Source of the DNA: an uncultured Chloroflexia bacterium
Lineage (GTDB): Bacteria > Chloroflexota > Anaerolineae > CG2-30-64-16
Direction of reading: 5' to 3'
DNA: 64,000 bases
Assembly: GCA_963774265.1 (NCBI GenBank)
Contig: CAVZDU010000006.1
Location: forward strand, 160,001 to 224,000
Shown here: positions 21,805 through 31,835 of the stretch, one piece after another
Layout: every line of letters starts with the position of its first letter
Position numbering within the stretch: the first letter of the stretch is position 1
Program-made: the position numbers and the translations under genes
Notes under the pieces: generated by a model
The model's database searches: none
What the model was told of the DNA's origin: nothing
The model's input: the letters and a program-made list of their open reading frames with translations, nothing else

Positions 21805-22537
21805 ATGACTGCACCCAAGCGCCTTGCGAGAATCGCCGGGCTTCTCTATCTCACTGTCGCCATCTTTGGCGGGTTCGCCTTCGGGTTTGTGCTTGCCAAG
21901 GTGTACGCCCCGGGCGACGGCGCAACCACGGCAGCCAACGTCCTTGCTAACGCGGGCCTGGTCCGTCTGGGCGTGGTGGCCGACCTCATCCAGGCAACGG
22001 TCATGGCCTTCCTGGCGATGACCCTCTACCGGCTGCTCAAGCATGTGAACCAGAACGCGGCCAGCGCAATGGTGATCCTTGCAGCCATCGCCACCACGAT
22101 CATGTGCCTCAACAACGTCTTCCAGGTTGCCGCGTTGCTGGTTGCAACCAACGGCTCCTACGCGACCGCCTTCGGCGCCCAGGGTGCGAATGCCCTCGTA
22201 CTGCTCCTGCTCGACATGCAGCACTACGGCTTTCTGATTGCGCAAATCTTCTTCGGCCTGTGGCTGGCGCCGATGGGGTATCTCGCCTACAAGTCAGGGA
22301 TGTTCCCCAAGGCGCTGGGCGTCGTGCTGGTTGTGGCGGCCGTCTGCTACCTGGTCGACGTGCTAGCCCGGTTCCTGGTCCCCGACTTCGGCGCGCAGAA
22401 TCCACACTTTCGTGGCCGTCATCCCGCCCCTGATCGCGGAGGTCTGGATGGTCCTGTACCTGCTCGTCAAAGGGGTGAGGGTTCCCACTCAGGGCGCGGC
22501 CCCCGTAACTGCGGCCGCCGCAGAAGCAGGAATATAG
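21805..22537 (+). CDS. DUF4386 membrane protein (frameshift ~22397)
   Basis: ARIAGLLYL, IAQIFFGLWLAPMGYLAYKSGMFPK, WMVLYLLVKG. Confidence 0.85.
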
Positions 22538-22655
22538 ATCCCGTCAAGTGGGATTCGATGCATCGGCGCCGAAGACAAAGCTAGGATCTCGGAGAATGTG
22601 CGGTCGCCTGGTCTGGGCCGCCTCAGACAATCGCAACTAACAAAAGGAGCGAAAA

Positions 22656-23331
22656 ATGAATTCCGAACAATGGAACCGCCGGATACGCGGCTCGCCTGGA
22701 GGTTGACTATCCGGAGAAACTGGATCGGATGACGACTTTCTTCCGAATACTCTGGATCATTCCCATCGCCATCGTCCTGGGACTCGTCTCAGGGGCTGGA
22801 GAGACGATCACCAACACGGTTTTCCTCAATGAGGCCGGTGAGGTTATCCGGAGGACTCAACAGACGGTTGGTGGACTGGCGAGCGGACTCATTTCAGCCA
22901 CGGCCTTAATGATCCTCTTTCGACGGCTTTATCCACGCTGGTGGTTCGACTTTTCCCGCGAGCTCGCCCGCTTCGAGACCAGAGTCGGCGCCTACGCGGC
23001 CCTGCTCACGGACCGGTACCCGTCCACCGTCGAAGAGCAGTCTGTCCACCTGGAGATCGATTATCCGAACGCAGAAACTGACCTCAATCGGTGGCTTCCC
23101 CTGGTCAAGTGGCTGCTCGCGATCCCGCATTATTTCGTCCTGTTCTTTCTCAGCATTGCCGGCTTCTTTGCAGTGATCCTGGCCTGGTTCGCAATTCTGG
23201 CGACCGGTCGATACCCGAGGGGCCTCTTTGATTTCAACGTCGGGGTGAGTCGATGGTGGCTGCGGGTAGGGGCCTACGCATTCTTGCTGGTGACCGACCG
23301 CTATCCGCCATTTAGCCTGAGATCTGAATAA
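22656..23331 (+). CDS. DUF4389 membrane protein (frameshift near start)
   Basis: YPRWWFDF, RVGAYAALLTDRYP, RWLPLVKWLLAIPH, TDRYPPFSL. Confidence 0.85.
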
Positions 23332-23367
23332 AAGGAAGATACTAAAGTGAAAGCAGAGGTAAGAAGA

Positions 23368-23946
23368 ATGACCATTTCCTGGAGGACTATCCGCATCCTC
23401 ATCGCCACCATAGTCGTCGCCGCGCTGGCGCTCGGGCTGCCCGCCGCGGCCCCTGTCCGTGCCGCAGGCCTGACAAACTGCGTCGACATGGCTGGCCGTT
23501 CAGGAGCTTGCTATGAGTTGGTCTGGGTCAACGGGGTCCAGCTCAGGATGACGTTCCCGCAGCAGGCCCAGGAATTCCCGGGCGTGGGGCCCACCGACAA
23601 AGTGGACAACTTCTACGTGGTGGCGCCACAGACCGACACGGTCCAGGGCACGTTGCCCTTCCTGCACGACCATACCGTTAGAGACGTGCCAAGCCAGAAC
23701 TAGGGCGCCTACAGCGTCTTCATGCGCGGCTTCTTCGTCCTGTGCAGTGAGCAGGGCATCGTCAGCGGCGCCTGTGTGCCCTACTGGGCCGTCATCGAGG
23801 GGGTAGGAACGTTACCTTTGGCCACGACCGTAAACGGGCAGAGACTGACGTCGGTCGGTCCCATCGAGGCACCCGCGAACGCCGGGCTCATCACGCTGTT
23901 CGACACCGGGGCAACATTCCTCGGCATCATCAACCCCGGCAAGTAG
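23368..23946 (+). pseudogene. Secreted hypothetical protein interrupted by an in-frame TAG (23701-23703)
   Basis: Signal peptide. ORFs 23347..23703 and 23722..23946 share a frame and read HDHTVRDVPSQN*GAYSVFMRGFFVLC. Confidence 0.6.
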
Positions 23947-23952
23947 ACCAAC

Positions 23953-24038
23953 CCTGCCTGCCGAGGCTCTCGGCGGGCAGGAGCAGGGCGCAGTCAAGCA
24001 CCCAGCCTAGGGCGCACCCGGACTGGATGCTTGACCGC
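23953..24038. terminator. Two adjacent stem-loops after the secreted-protein gene
   Basis: cctgcctgccgag-gct-ctcggcgggcagg and gcagtcaagca...tgcttgaccgc; no U-tract. Confidence 0.4.
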
Positions 24039-24252
24039 ATCGCAAGCGACAAAAGAACGAGTCAGGCAAGCTGTCCAGGGGATAGATCTGGGAAATCCAA
24101 TACGCGGACCTCGACAGTTTAGGGCGAGCAATATCAGCAACGAACGAGCTGTATCCTAATGATAGAAACACAGCTACTCTGTGGATGATCAGAATTGGAT
24201 AGCGAGGGAGAATTCCTCCCTTCGAACGAACAAGGATATGAGGAGTAACTGC

Positions 24253-25647
24253 ATGAAGAAGTCCATCAGAATTATCATATACGTGCTCGCGTTCACACTA
24301 CCGATTGTGGCGCTTGGAACGATCGGATATTTCTCAATTTTATCTCTGACTTTGCCCAAACCAACCGAGTTGGATATTCCACAAGCGGGTGTGGGTTCAC
24401 TGTCCACAAAAAGCTTTGACCCGACAAAACCAACGGTAGCCATTGTCCTCGGTAGTAATCGCACCGAGAGCACTGATCTTCTCATTCCCTACCAGCTATT
24501 CTCGGCCTCGGATGCCTACAATGTCTACGCCGTAGCACCTGAACGCAAGACGACCTCGCTGGCTGGCGGTTTAGAGGTCATGCCTGACTACTCCTATGCT
24601 GACCTTAATGCGCTGCTTGGCAAGTCGCCGGATGTTGTTGTGATACCTGCCTTCCCTAATGTCGGAAGCCCGGAGAATAAGCCTGTTCTAGCCTGGATCA
24701 AGCAACAATCCGACCGGGGATCGTACATTTTGTCCATCTGTGTCGGAGCAGAGGTCTTTGCGGCGACGGGATTGCTGGATGGTCGTACAGCCACGACCCA
24801 CTGGGGTGATATTGGCCGTATCGAAGGACTTTATCCTGCTGTGAATTGGGTACGTGGTGTGCGGTATGTAGACGGCGGCACGTACATGACATCAGCCGGC
24901 ATTACTTCAGGCATTGATGCAGTTCTTCATTACATCGCCCAGCATAATGGAGATGTTGTAGCGCGGGCCATCTCAGAGAAAATGCACTATCCCAGCTATG
25001 CCTTTGTGGATCAGCCGCAGGTTGAGCAGTATTCCACTGGCACCGACTTGACTACGGTGGGGCTAATAAACACCTTATTTCACTGGAATCACGCGACAGC
25101 AGGGGCGCTTTTGTATGATGGTATCAATGAACTTGACCTGGCCTCCACTTTTGACACCTACTACGCTTCTTACAGCACTAGGTTGGTGAGCGTTTCTCAA
25201 ACCCGACGGCTAATCACAACTCAGTATGGGCTGCAACTTGTACCACGATGGGGCTTCAATGATGCTCCTGGGATGGAGCGTTTGATCGTGCCCGGAAGCC
25301 ACGCGCGTCAACTTGCTGCGGCGGACGTTAGCGCCTGGCAGTCAAGTGAAAATGCTGCTCAGGTTTTCTACCTTCACGCAGACAACCCCGATGGTTTTGC
25401 CTTTGATGCGCCTCTACAAGATTTAGCACGTCAAGAAAATATCCCGACAGCAGTGCTGGATGCGATGCGGCTAGAGTACAGACCGGGAACGGTACAGACT
25501 GAAGGTTCTGGTTGGCCACTCTGGTTGACAATCCGCCCACTGCTCATTGGGTTAGCTAGTCTGGCAATTACCCTGGTTATCAGCGGACGTTTGCGTCGTC
25601 CGCCCTCAACCCGGATGACTGGCTTAACCGCCCAAACTCAAGCTTGA
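24253..25647 (+). CDS. Membrane-anchored two-domain DJ-1/PfpI family protein
   Basis: SICVGA, GLLDGRTATTHW, TSAGITSGID; N- and C-terminal TM; visibly AT-richer codons. Confidence 0.88.
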   Translation: MKKSIRIIIYVLAFTLPIVALGTIGYFSILSLTLPKPTELDIPQAGVGSLSTKSFDPTKPTVAIVLGSNRTESTDLLIPYQLFSASDAYNVYAVAPERKTTSLAGGLEVMPDYSYADLNALLGKSPDVVVIPAFPNVGSPENKPVLAWIKQQSDRGSYILSICVGAEVFAATGLLDGRTATTHWGDIGRIEGLYPAVNWVRGVRYVDGGTYMTSAGITSGIDAVLHYIAQHNGDVVARAISEKMHYPSYAFVDQPQVEQYSTGTDLTTVGLINTLFHWNHATAGALLYDGINELDLASTFDTYYASYSTRLVSVSQTRRLITTQYGLQLVPRWGFNDAPGMERLIVPGSHARQLAAADVSAWQSSENAAQVFYLHADNPDGFAFDAPLQDLARQENIPTAVLDAMRLEYRPGTVQTEGSGWPLWLTIRPLLIGLASLAITLVISGRLRRPPSTRMTGLTAQTQA

Positions 25648-25741
25648 ATTTTGGCCGCCTATGAAATGATCCCCCGAACTGCTGAGCGCGGCATAGACGT
25701 TTACTCAACGAAACTTATCCGTATCGTTCGAAAAGGAGAAA

Positions 25742-26491
25742 ATGATGACTACCAAAGAAGAAACGAATACATACAGAACGACCGCAAGAGTCGTTGGGGC
25801 GCTGTTCTTCGCAGGGATGGTTATAGGCATTGCGGGGCACATGCTCGTTCAATCCATCCTTACTGCGCCGGATCACCTTTCCATTATTCCCGCAAAGAGC
25901 ATGCTGGTGGCCTTCGGCGCGCTGCTCTTGCTGATGACCGGCGTAGGCGACGCCGCTCACGGCGTCCTGATGCTCCCGATCCTGAAGCGACACGGCGAGC
26001 GAATCGCCTTCGGCTACTTCGGTTTCAGGATCGTCGACGCCGTCTTTATTGCCGTCGCGGCTGTCTTCCTCTTCCTGCAAATCCCGCTGGGCCGCGAGTA
26101 CCTGAATGCGGCGGTCCCTGGCAGTTCCTCTCTGCAAGCCCTGAGCACTGTGGCCATCCAGGCGAACCTGTATGCCTACAACATCGCCATGACGTTTCTT
26201 GGGGTAGCCGGTTTGATGCTCTGCTACGTGTTCTACAGGGCCAGGCTGGTTCCGCGGCCAATCGCCGTCTGGGGTCTGGTTGGATACGCGGTCATCCTGG
26301 GCGGGTCTGTGTTGGAGGTGATGGGGTTCAACCTGAGTTCGATCCACACGATTCCGGGCGGCCTGTGGGAGCTGTTCATAGGGGTGTGGCTGATCGTTAA
26401 GGGATTCAACGCATCTGCGTTTTCTCAGGCCACAACGTCCAGCAGCTCGGCTGCGTCACTTGCACCACGCCTGGATCCGACCAGGGCGTAA
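25742..26491 (+). CDS. DUF4386 membrane protein
   Basis: TARVVGALF, RLVPRPIAVWGLVGY, PGGLWELFIGVWLIVKGF. Confidence 0.85.
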   Translation: MMTTKEETNTYRTTARVVGALFFAGMVIGIAGHMLVQSILTAPDHLSIIPAKSMLVAFGALLLLMTGVGDAAHGVLMLPILKRHGERIAFGYFGFRIVDAVFIAVAAVFLFLQIPLGREYLNAAVPGSSSLQALSTVAIQANLYAYNIAMTFLGVAGLMLCYVFYRARLVPRPIAVWGLVGYAVILGGSVLEVMGFNLSSIHTIPGGLWELFIGVWLIVKGFNASAFSQATTSSSSAASLAPRLDPTRA

Positions 26492-26505
26492 ACGTCGAAC
26501 GGAGC

Positions 26506-26554
26506 CTCTCTGAGACTCACAGCAACGCGGGTAGCGGCCGGGGGTCTCAGAGAG
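26506..26554. repeat. Intergenic inverted repeat
   Basis: ctctctgagac ... gtctcagagag. Confidence 0.45.
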
Positions 26555-26578
26555 CGTCAAATGATGGAGGATAACCTA

Positions 26579-27561
26579 ATGAAAGCAATTGTATACACAG
26601 AATACGGATCACCGGATGTTCTTCAGTTCAAAGATGTAGAAAAACCTACGCCTAAAGAGAATGAAGTCCTGGTGAAGATTCACGCAGCATCCGCAAATCC
26701 AGCTGACTGGCATACCATGAGAGCCGCACCGTTCTTAGCTCGCCTGGTAAACGGATTTTTCAAACCTAAGAATCCCAGGCTCGGCGCTGATGTAGCGGGG
26801 CGCGTTGAAGCGGTTGGCAGAACCGTAACGCAGTTTCAAGTGGGTGATGATGTATTTGGAAGCATGCCCCTCAATGAGCTGAGCAGTTTTGCCGAGTACG
26901 TATGTGCCAAGGAAGATGCATTGGCGTTGAAACCAGCCAGGATGACATTCGAGCAGGCAGCATCCGTCCCTTTAGCGGCCTTCACCGCTTTGCAGGGATC
27001 TGCGTGATACAGGACAGATACACTCCGGGCAAAAGGTCTTGATTAATGGGGCATCCGGCGGCGTAGGTACGTTTGCCGTGCAGATTGCCAAATCCTTCGG
27101 GGCTGAAGTTACCGGCGTGTGCAGCACCCGGAATTTGGACATGGTGCGCTCGATAGGCGCAGACCACGTCATTGATTACACGCAAGAAGACTTCACCAAC
27201 AACGGGCAGCAGTATGACCTGATTTTCTGTGCCGTCGGAAATCGTTCCATTTCTGATTACAAGCGCGCACTAAGACCCGAGGGTACTTGCGTCATTGCTG
27301 GATTCACCAACCTGCGGCGGTTGTTCGAACACATGATCCTTGGGTCGTTGAAGTCGAAGGCCGGAGGTAAGCGAGTCGGTCCAATGGATACGATGAAACC
27401 AAACAAACAGGATCTGATTTTCCTGAAAGAGCTTCTAGAAGCCGGCAAAGTAAGACCCGTTATCGATAGATCGTTACCCGTTAGCAGAGGTTCCTGAAGC
27501 GCTCCGGTATCTTGAAACAGGACACGCCCAGGGAAAAGTCGTCATCACGGTTGCAGCATAA
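26579..27561 (+). CDS. MDR-family NAD(P)-dependent oxidoreductase (quinone reductase-like; two frameshifts)
   Basis: [52 protein letters not shown]. Confidence 0.88.
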
Positions 27562-27640
27562 CGACACGATCCGACAAGTGCCGGCGAGTGGAGGTCGAGT
27601 AACGAAGGAGACTCCCGTGAGAGATAAGCCTAAACCTGAT

Positions 27641-28497
27641 ATGAACGACAAAATCTGCCTCGTGACAGGCGCAACCAACGGCATTGGCAAGGCAACCGCG
27701 CAGGCGCTGGCGCAGATGGGCGCAACAGTTGTCATTGTGGGCCGCAACCCAGCCAAGTGTGCGGCAGTGGTGAGCGAAGATCAAGCACATCAGCGGTAAT
27801 GACGCGGTGGAGGCACTCATCGCCGATTTGTCGATCATGGCGGAGGTCCGGCATGTGGCAGATCAGTTCAAGGCAAAATACCAGAAATTGCATGTGCTGG
27901 TCAATAACGCTGGCGCGGCGTTTGGGAAGCGACAGGTCACCTCCGAGGGGTTTGAGAAAACCTTTGCACTCAACCACCTGAACTACTTCCTGCTGACCAG
28001 TTTACTCCTGGAAACGCTGAAGGCCAGCGCTCCGGCCCGCATTGTCAATGTCTCCTCAGACTCGCATAAAGGGGCACACCTCGATTTCGACGATTTGCAG
28101 ACCGAGAAGGGTAATTTCGTCTTCCGTGCCTACGGTCGTTCCAAGCTCGCCAATGTCGTGTTTAGCTATGAACTGGCTCGACGACTGGCAGGTACGGGTG
28201 TCACTGTCCAACGTGCTACATCCTGGTTTGGTGCGCACCGGATTCGCAAACAACCTGGGTGCAGTTCCGTCAGCCGTTTTTGGCTTTTTCATGCGTTTTG
28301 TGGGATTAACACCAGAGCAAGGCGCACAGACCTCTGTTTACCTCGCCACCTCACCGGACGTGGAAAACGTGACCGGGAAATACTGGGAAAAGAGCAAAGC
28401 GGTGCCGTCCGGTCGTGCCGCCTATGACGAGGCCACCTGGACGCGGCTGTGGGAAGTCAGTGACAAGATGGTTGCGGCGAGAGCGACGCCAGGCTAA
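27641..28497 (+). CDS. SDR oxidoreductase (retinol dehydrogenase-like; two frameshifts)
   Basis: [28 protein letters not shown]. Confidence 0.88.
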
Positions 28498-28583
28498 AGA
28501 GCCACACTCTCCGCGTCACGCACGGCTATCGCCGCGTGTCAAGGCCGGACGTCACGGTATCAATCGTGTTCAGCCAATGTGTA

Positions 28584-30254
28584 TCAGCCGGACCGCGCGA
28601 GGTACTGGTGAACGGACTGGATGGCCATCCCCCCCTCGCCCACGGCAGAGGCCACCCGTTTGACGGAGCCATGCCGCACGTCACCCGCAGCAAACACGCC
28701 GGGAATGCTGGTCTCCAGCAAGAGTGGAGGCCGCTGCAGCGATGCTGCCTTGGAAGTGTCGCTAGCACCGATCAGATCCGGGCCTGTGAGAAGGAAGCCG
28801 CGCGGGTCGCGCAGGATGCCGGCCGGCAACCATTCCGTGTGAGGCTGCGCTCCAATCAGGACGAACAAGGCAAATGCCGGGACGCTTTCGATTTTCCCTG
28901 AGGAGCCGTCCTCTAGTACCAGGCTTTCGAGCCGGTGCGCGCCGTGCCCGTCGATGATCCTGGTGTGCAGACGCACATCGATGTTGGTCTTGGCTGCGAT
29001 CTCCTGCACCAGGTAGTCGGACATACTGGCGGCCAGCGAGCTTCCACGCGCGAGGATCGTGACCTGCTGTGCGTACTTCGCCAGATTAACGGCGGCCTGA
29101 CCTGCGGAGTTGCCTGCACCCGCAACGAAGACGTGTTGACCTTCCATGGCTTGAGCCTCGGTAATTCCGCCTCCATAGAAAACCCCTGCGCCAACCAGCG
29201 CTTCAAGACCGGGGATGCCGAGACGCTGGTAGCTGGCCCCCGTTGCCAGAAGGATCGTGCGGCTCACGATTTCTGTCCCATTCGAGAACTCCAGGATGCG
29301 GTCGCGTCCCTCCACTCGCAGAGCGATCGCCTCCCGCAAAACAGAGGTTTCTGCCCCGAACGACCAAGCCTGGTCGAGCGCCCGATTGGTCAGGTCCGCG
29401 CCGCTGATGCCCAGCGGGAACCCCAGATAGTTCCGAATCAGCGAGCTGGTGCCCGCCTGGCCACCGATCGTTTCACGATCCACGACGATTGTGCGCAATC
29501 CTTCCGACGCGCCGTAGACCGCCGCCGAGAGTCCGGCCGGCCCGGCGCCGACGATGGCAAGATCAAAGGCGCCTTCCTCGACGCTGTGGCGCACGCCGAG
29601 CGCCAGCGCAACTTGCTCATTTGAGGGCGCGGTAAGCACCTGGCCATCGAACCGAACCAACACGGGAAATGGGCCTGCGGGCCGCCCGAAGCGCTGCAGC
29701 AGCGCGCGTCCTTCTTCGGAATCCGCCTCAATATACTTGAACGGCAGACCACCGCGTGCCAGCAGATCGCGAATCTCAGCGGTACGCGCGTTCCAGCGCT
29801 CGCCGGCGATGGTGACCATCTCGCGGCCTTTCTGTTGCCGGCGCTGCCAATCACGCAGGAGCTCCGCGATGAGCGCATGAAACTCCTCGTCCGGAGCACG
29901 GCCGGGCTTGACCGCGTAGCGGTCAAACTGCCCAAGGGAGATGGCTTTCAGGATCGGTTTTGACTCGGAGCGATTACCCAACGGGATAAGCAGGACGCGC
30001 ATGGCATGGGGATAGAGTTCGTGCGCCCGCGCAAAATACTCAATGCCCGTCATCGAACCCAGCCCGGGCGCCGCCGGCAGGATGACTATCTGCGCGCCCG
30101 CGGCCCGTAACCTCCCCAGCCGCTCGAGTGACGCCTCTGCTTCTGCATCGCAAATGACGTCGTAATCGTCCGCATAGCGCTTGAGCAGCTCTCGTTGGAT
30201 CGTCTCCAGATTCTGGATTTGAGCGTCAACAGCCATCAGAGCCGGTTTCGCCAT
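28584..30254 (-). CDS. Degenerate receiver domain fused to thioredoxin-reductase-like FAD oxidoreductase
   Basis: GAGPAGLSAAVYGASEGL, GGQAGTSSLIRNYLGFP, GAGNSAGQAA, AGDVRHGSVKRVASAVGEG. Confidence 0.88.
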   Translation of the reverse strand: MAKPALMAVDAQIQNLETIQRELLKRYADDYDVICDAEAEASLERLGRLRAAGAQIVILPAAPGLGSMTGIEYFARAHELYPHAMRVLLIPLGNRSESKPILKAISLGQFDRYAVKPGRAPDEEFHALIAELLRDWQRRQQKGREMVTIAGERWNARTAEIRDLLARGGLPFKYIEADSEEGRALLQRFGRPAGPFPVLVRFDGQVLTAPSNEQVALALGVRHSVEEGAFDLAIVGAGPAGLSAAVYGASEGLRTIVVDRETIGGQAGTSSLIRNYLGFPLGISGADLTNRALDQAWSFGAETSVLREAIALRVEGRDRILEFSNGTEIVSRTILLATGASYQRLGIPGLEALVGAGVFYGGGITEAQAMEGQHVFVAGAGNSAGQAAVNLAKYAQQVTILARGSSLAASMSDYLVQEIAAKTNIDVRLHTRIIDGHGAHRLESLVLEDGSSGKIESVPAFALFVLIGAQPHTEWLPAGILRDPRGFLLTGPDLIGASDTSKAASLQRPPLLLETSIPGVFAAGDVRHGSVKRVASAVGEGGMAIQSVHQYLARSG

Positions 30255-30292
30255 CGAGTCTCCTTTTCGGATCTTCGCCAGATTCGCCCGAT

Positions 30293-31285
30293 CTACTTTC
30301 TTGCCGTCTGGCGAAGCTGCTCTACCATACGCACGATCGCGCCAACCGCAGCTTGGGGCTGATCGAACTGGATGTTGTGGGCGCTCTTGTCAGCAACCAA
30401 CCCCTGGCTGTTGGACGACAATTGGAGCAGCTCGGCCTGCAGCCTCTGCCAGTCCGGCTCCAGATCCAGGCCACGCGACAGCACGATCAATGGCACATCT
30501 CCGATGGACTTCACGGCGGCGGCCTGGTCGAGACTCGCCGGCATACCCCTGCCTTCATCGGCCCAGGCTTGCACGGCTCGCGGTGTCACCGCGAAAGCCG
30601 CATAAGCCTGCTTTGCCTCCGGCGTCAGATTTTGACCGGAGCCCGGCCCCGTGAGCAAACGCACTAATCCGATGCGCGCCAACAGGACCGGCAGCGAAGG
30701 CCCTCTTGATTGAGAGACCGCCTGAGAGCCCCCAGCCGTGGCCGGTTCCCTGGTTTGTTCGGGGCTCATGGAATCGATCAGCACAACCCCAACGACTTCC
30801 TTCGGATATTCGTGAGCAAACACCCGCACCGGCAGACCGCCCATCGAGTGGCCAACCAGCACATAGGGGCCCGGAATGCTGGCTTGATCCAGCAATGTGT
30901 GCAGTTCTTGAGCGAATTGCCCGGCATCCCGTGGCAGGGGACCGGCCTCGCTGTAGCCCATGCCGGCCCGATCGTAGGAGCAGACCCGCGTTGTCCCGGC
31001 CACCCCCGGCTGCACGAGGCTCCACCCGAGCGACCAATCACCCCATCCGGCATCGATCACCACCGTGGGACTGCCAGTGCCCGTGCAGTTGATGTGTAAG
31101 CGGTAACCGCCCACGTCGACCATTTGACCGACAGGAGGATAGGCTCGCACATCGGAGGCCTCGGTCGCGGACTCGGTAACGACCCCCACCAGTACCAGGC
31201 CCAGGACCACAACCATCACGCCGCCCAGCCAGAGGAGAAGCTTTCGGCCGCGACGTTTGGGAGTCTGTGAAGTGTCTGTTTGCAT
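30293..31285 (-). CDS. Alpha/beta hydrolase with N-terminal TM
   Basis: SYDRAGMG, GHSMGG nucleophile elbow, SAHNIQ. Confidence 0.88.
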   Translation of the reverse strand: MQTDTSQTPKRRGRKLLLWLGGVMVVVLGLVLVGVVTESATEASDVRAYPPVGQMVDVGGYRLHINCTGTGSPTVVIDAGWGDWSLGWSLVQPGVAGTTRVCSYDRAGMGYSEAGPLPRDAGQFAQELHTLLDQASIPGPYVLVGHSMGGLPVRVFAHEYPKEVVGVVLIDSMSPEQTREPATAGGSQAVSQSRGPSLPVLLARIGLVRLLTGPGSGQNLTPEAKQAYAAFAVTPRAVQAWADEGRGMPASLDQAAAVKSIGDVPLIVLSRGLDLEPDWQRLQAELLQLSSNSQGLVADKSAHNIQFDQPQAAVGAIVRMVEQLRQTARK

Positions 31286-31835
31286 CGGTGTATCCTTTCT
31301 ACAGTCCAAGCTCGAGTGCTGAGTGACCAATGAAACAAGCGGCCGTATGGCCGCTTGCTCTACTCCATGCTCTCCGCGGCGCGCTTAGGGCCGGCTAGAA
31401 CTGCGTTTGCCTCGTTGAACTTCGGCGCTTGCATGGCCAGACGGCCGAGACAACGCGGACGACTCCGTCTGGTTTTGTCATAGCAAATAGTACAAGACTT
31501 ATACTAATAATAAACGAATTTTGCACAAATAAGATGTAAGTGATGCCCCTGTCGCAAAAATGCATATCGCTGCAACTTTGGAGACGGCGAAGAGGATGTC
31601 GAGGCCTTCTGCCGCAGGTCCACGACGCCTTGATGCCGCTGCTTGACCAGGGCGTCCCCCACTCCGGTTGTAGCTCCGCGCTGCCAGGACGAAAGGTGTG
31701 GCTATCTCGCCCGTCGACCACGCGCCTGTGAGCAATGCCACGCGCACTCCTCCCGATTCGGTAAGACGGATTATGGCGAAGCAGCATCGGTCACGCTACA
31801 ATGGTCCGGTCAAGGAAAGGGTCGAACAGCTCAAC

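Noticed and set aside
23701-23703. Genome-wide TAG recoding
   Set aside because: TAG ends many clearly complete genes here (e.g. 1294, 6614, 7530, 42194)
31330-31770. AT-rich intergenic stretch as a riboswitch, ncRNA or element end
   Set aside because: No recognisable consensus; adequately explained as a divergent promoter region (an Rfam scan would settle it)
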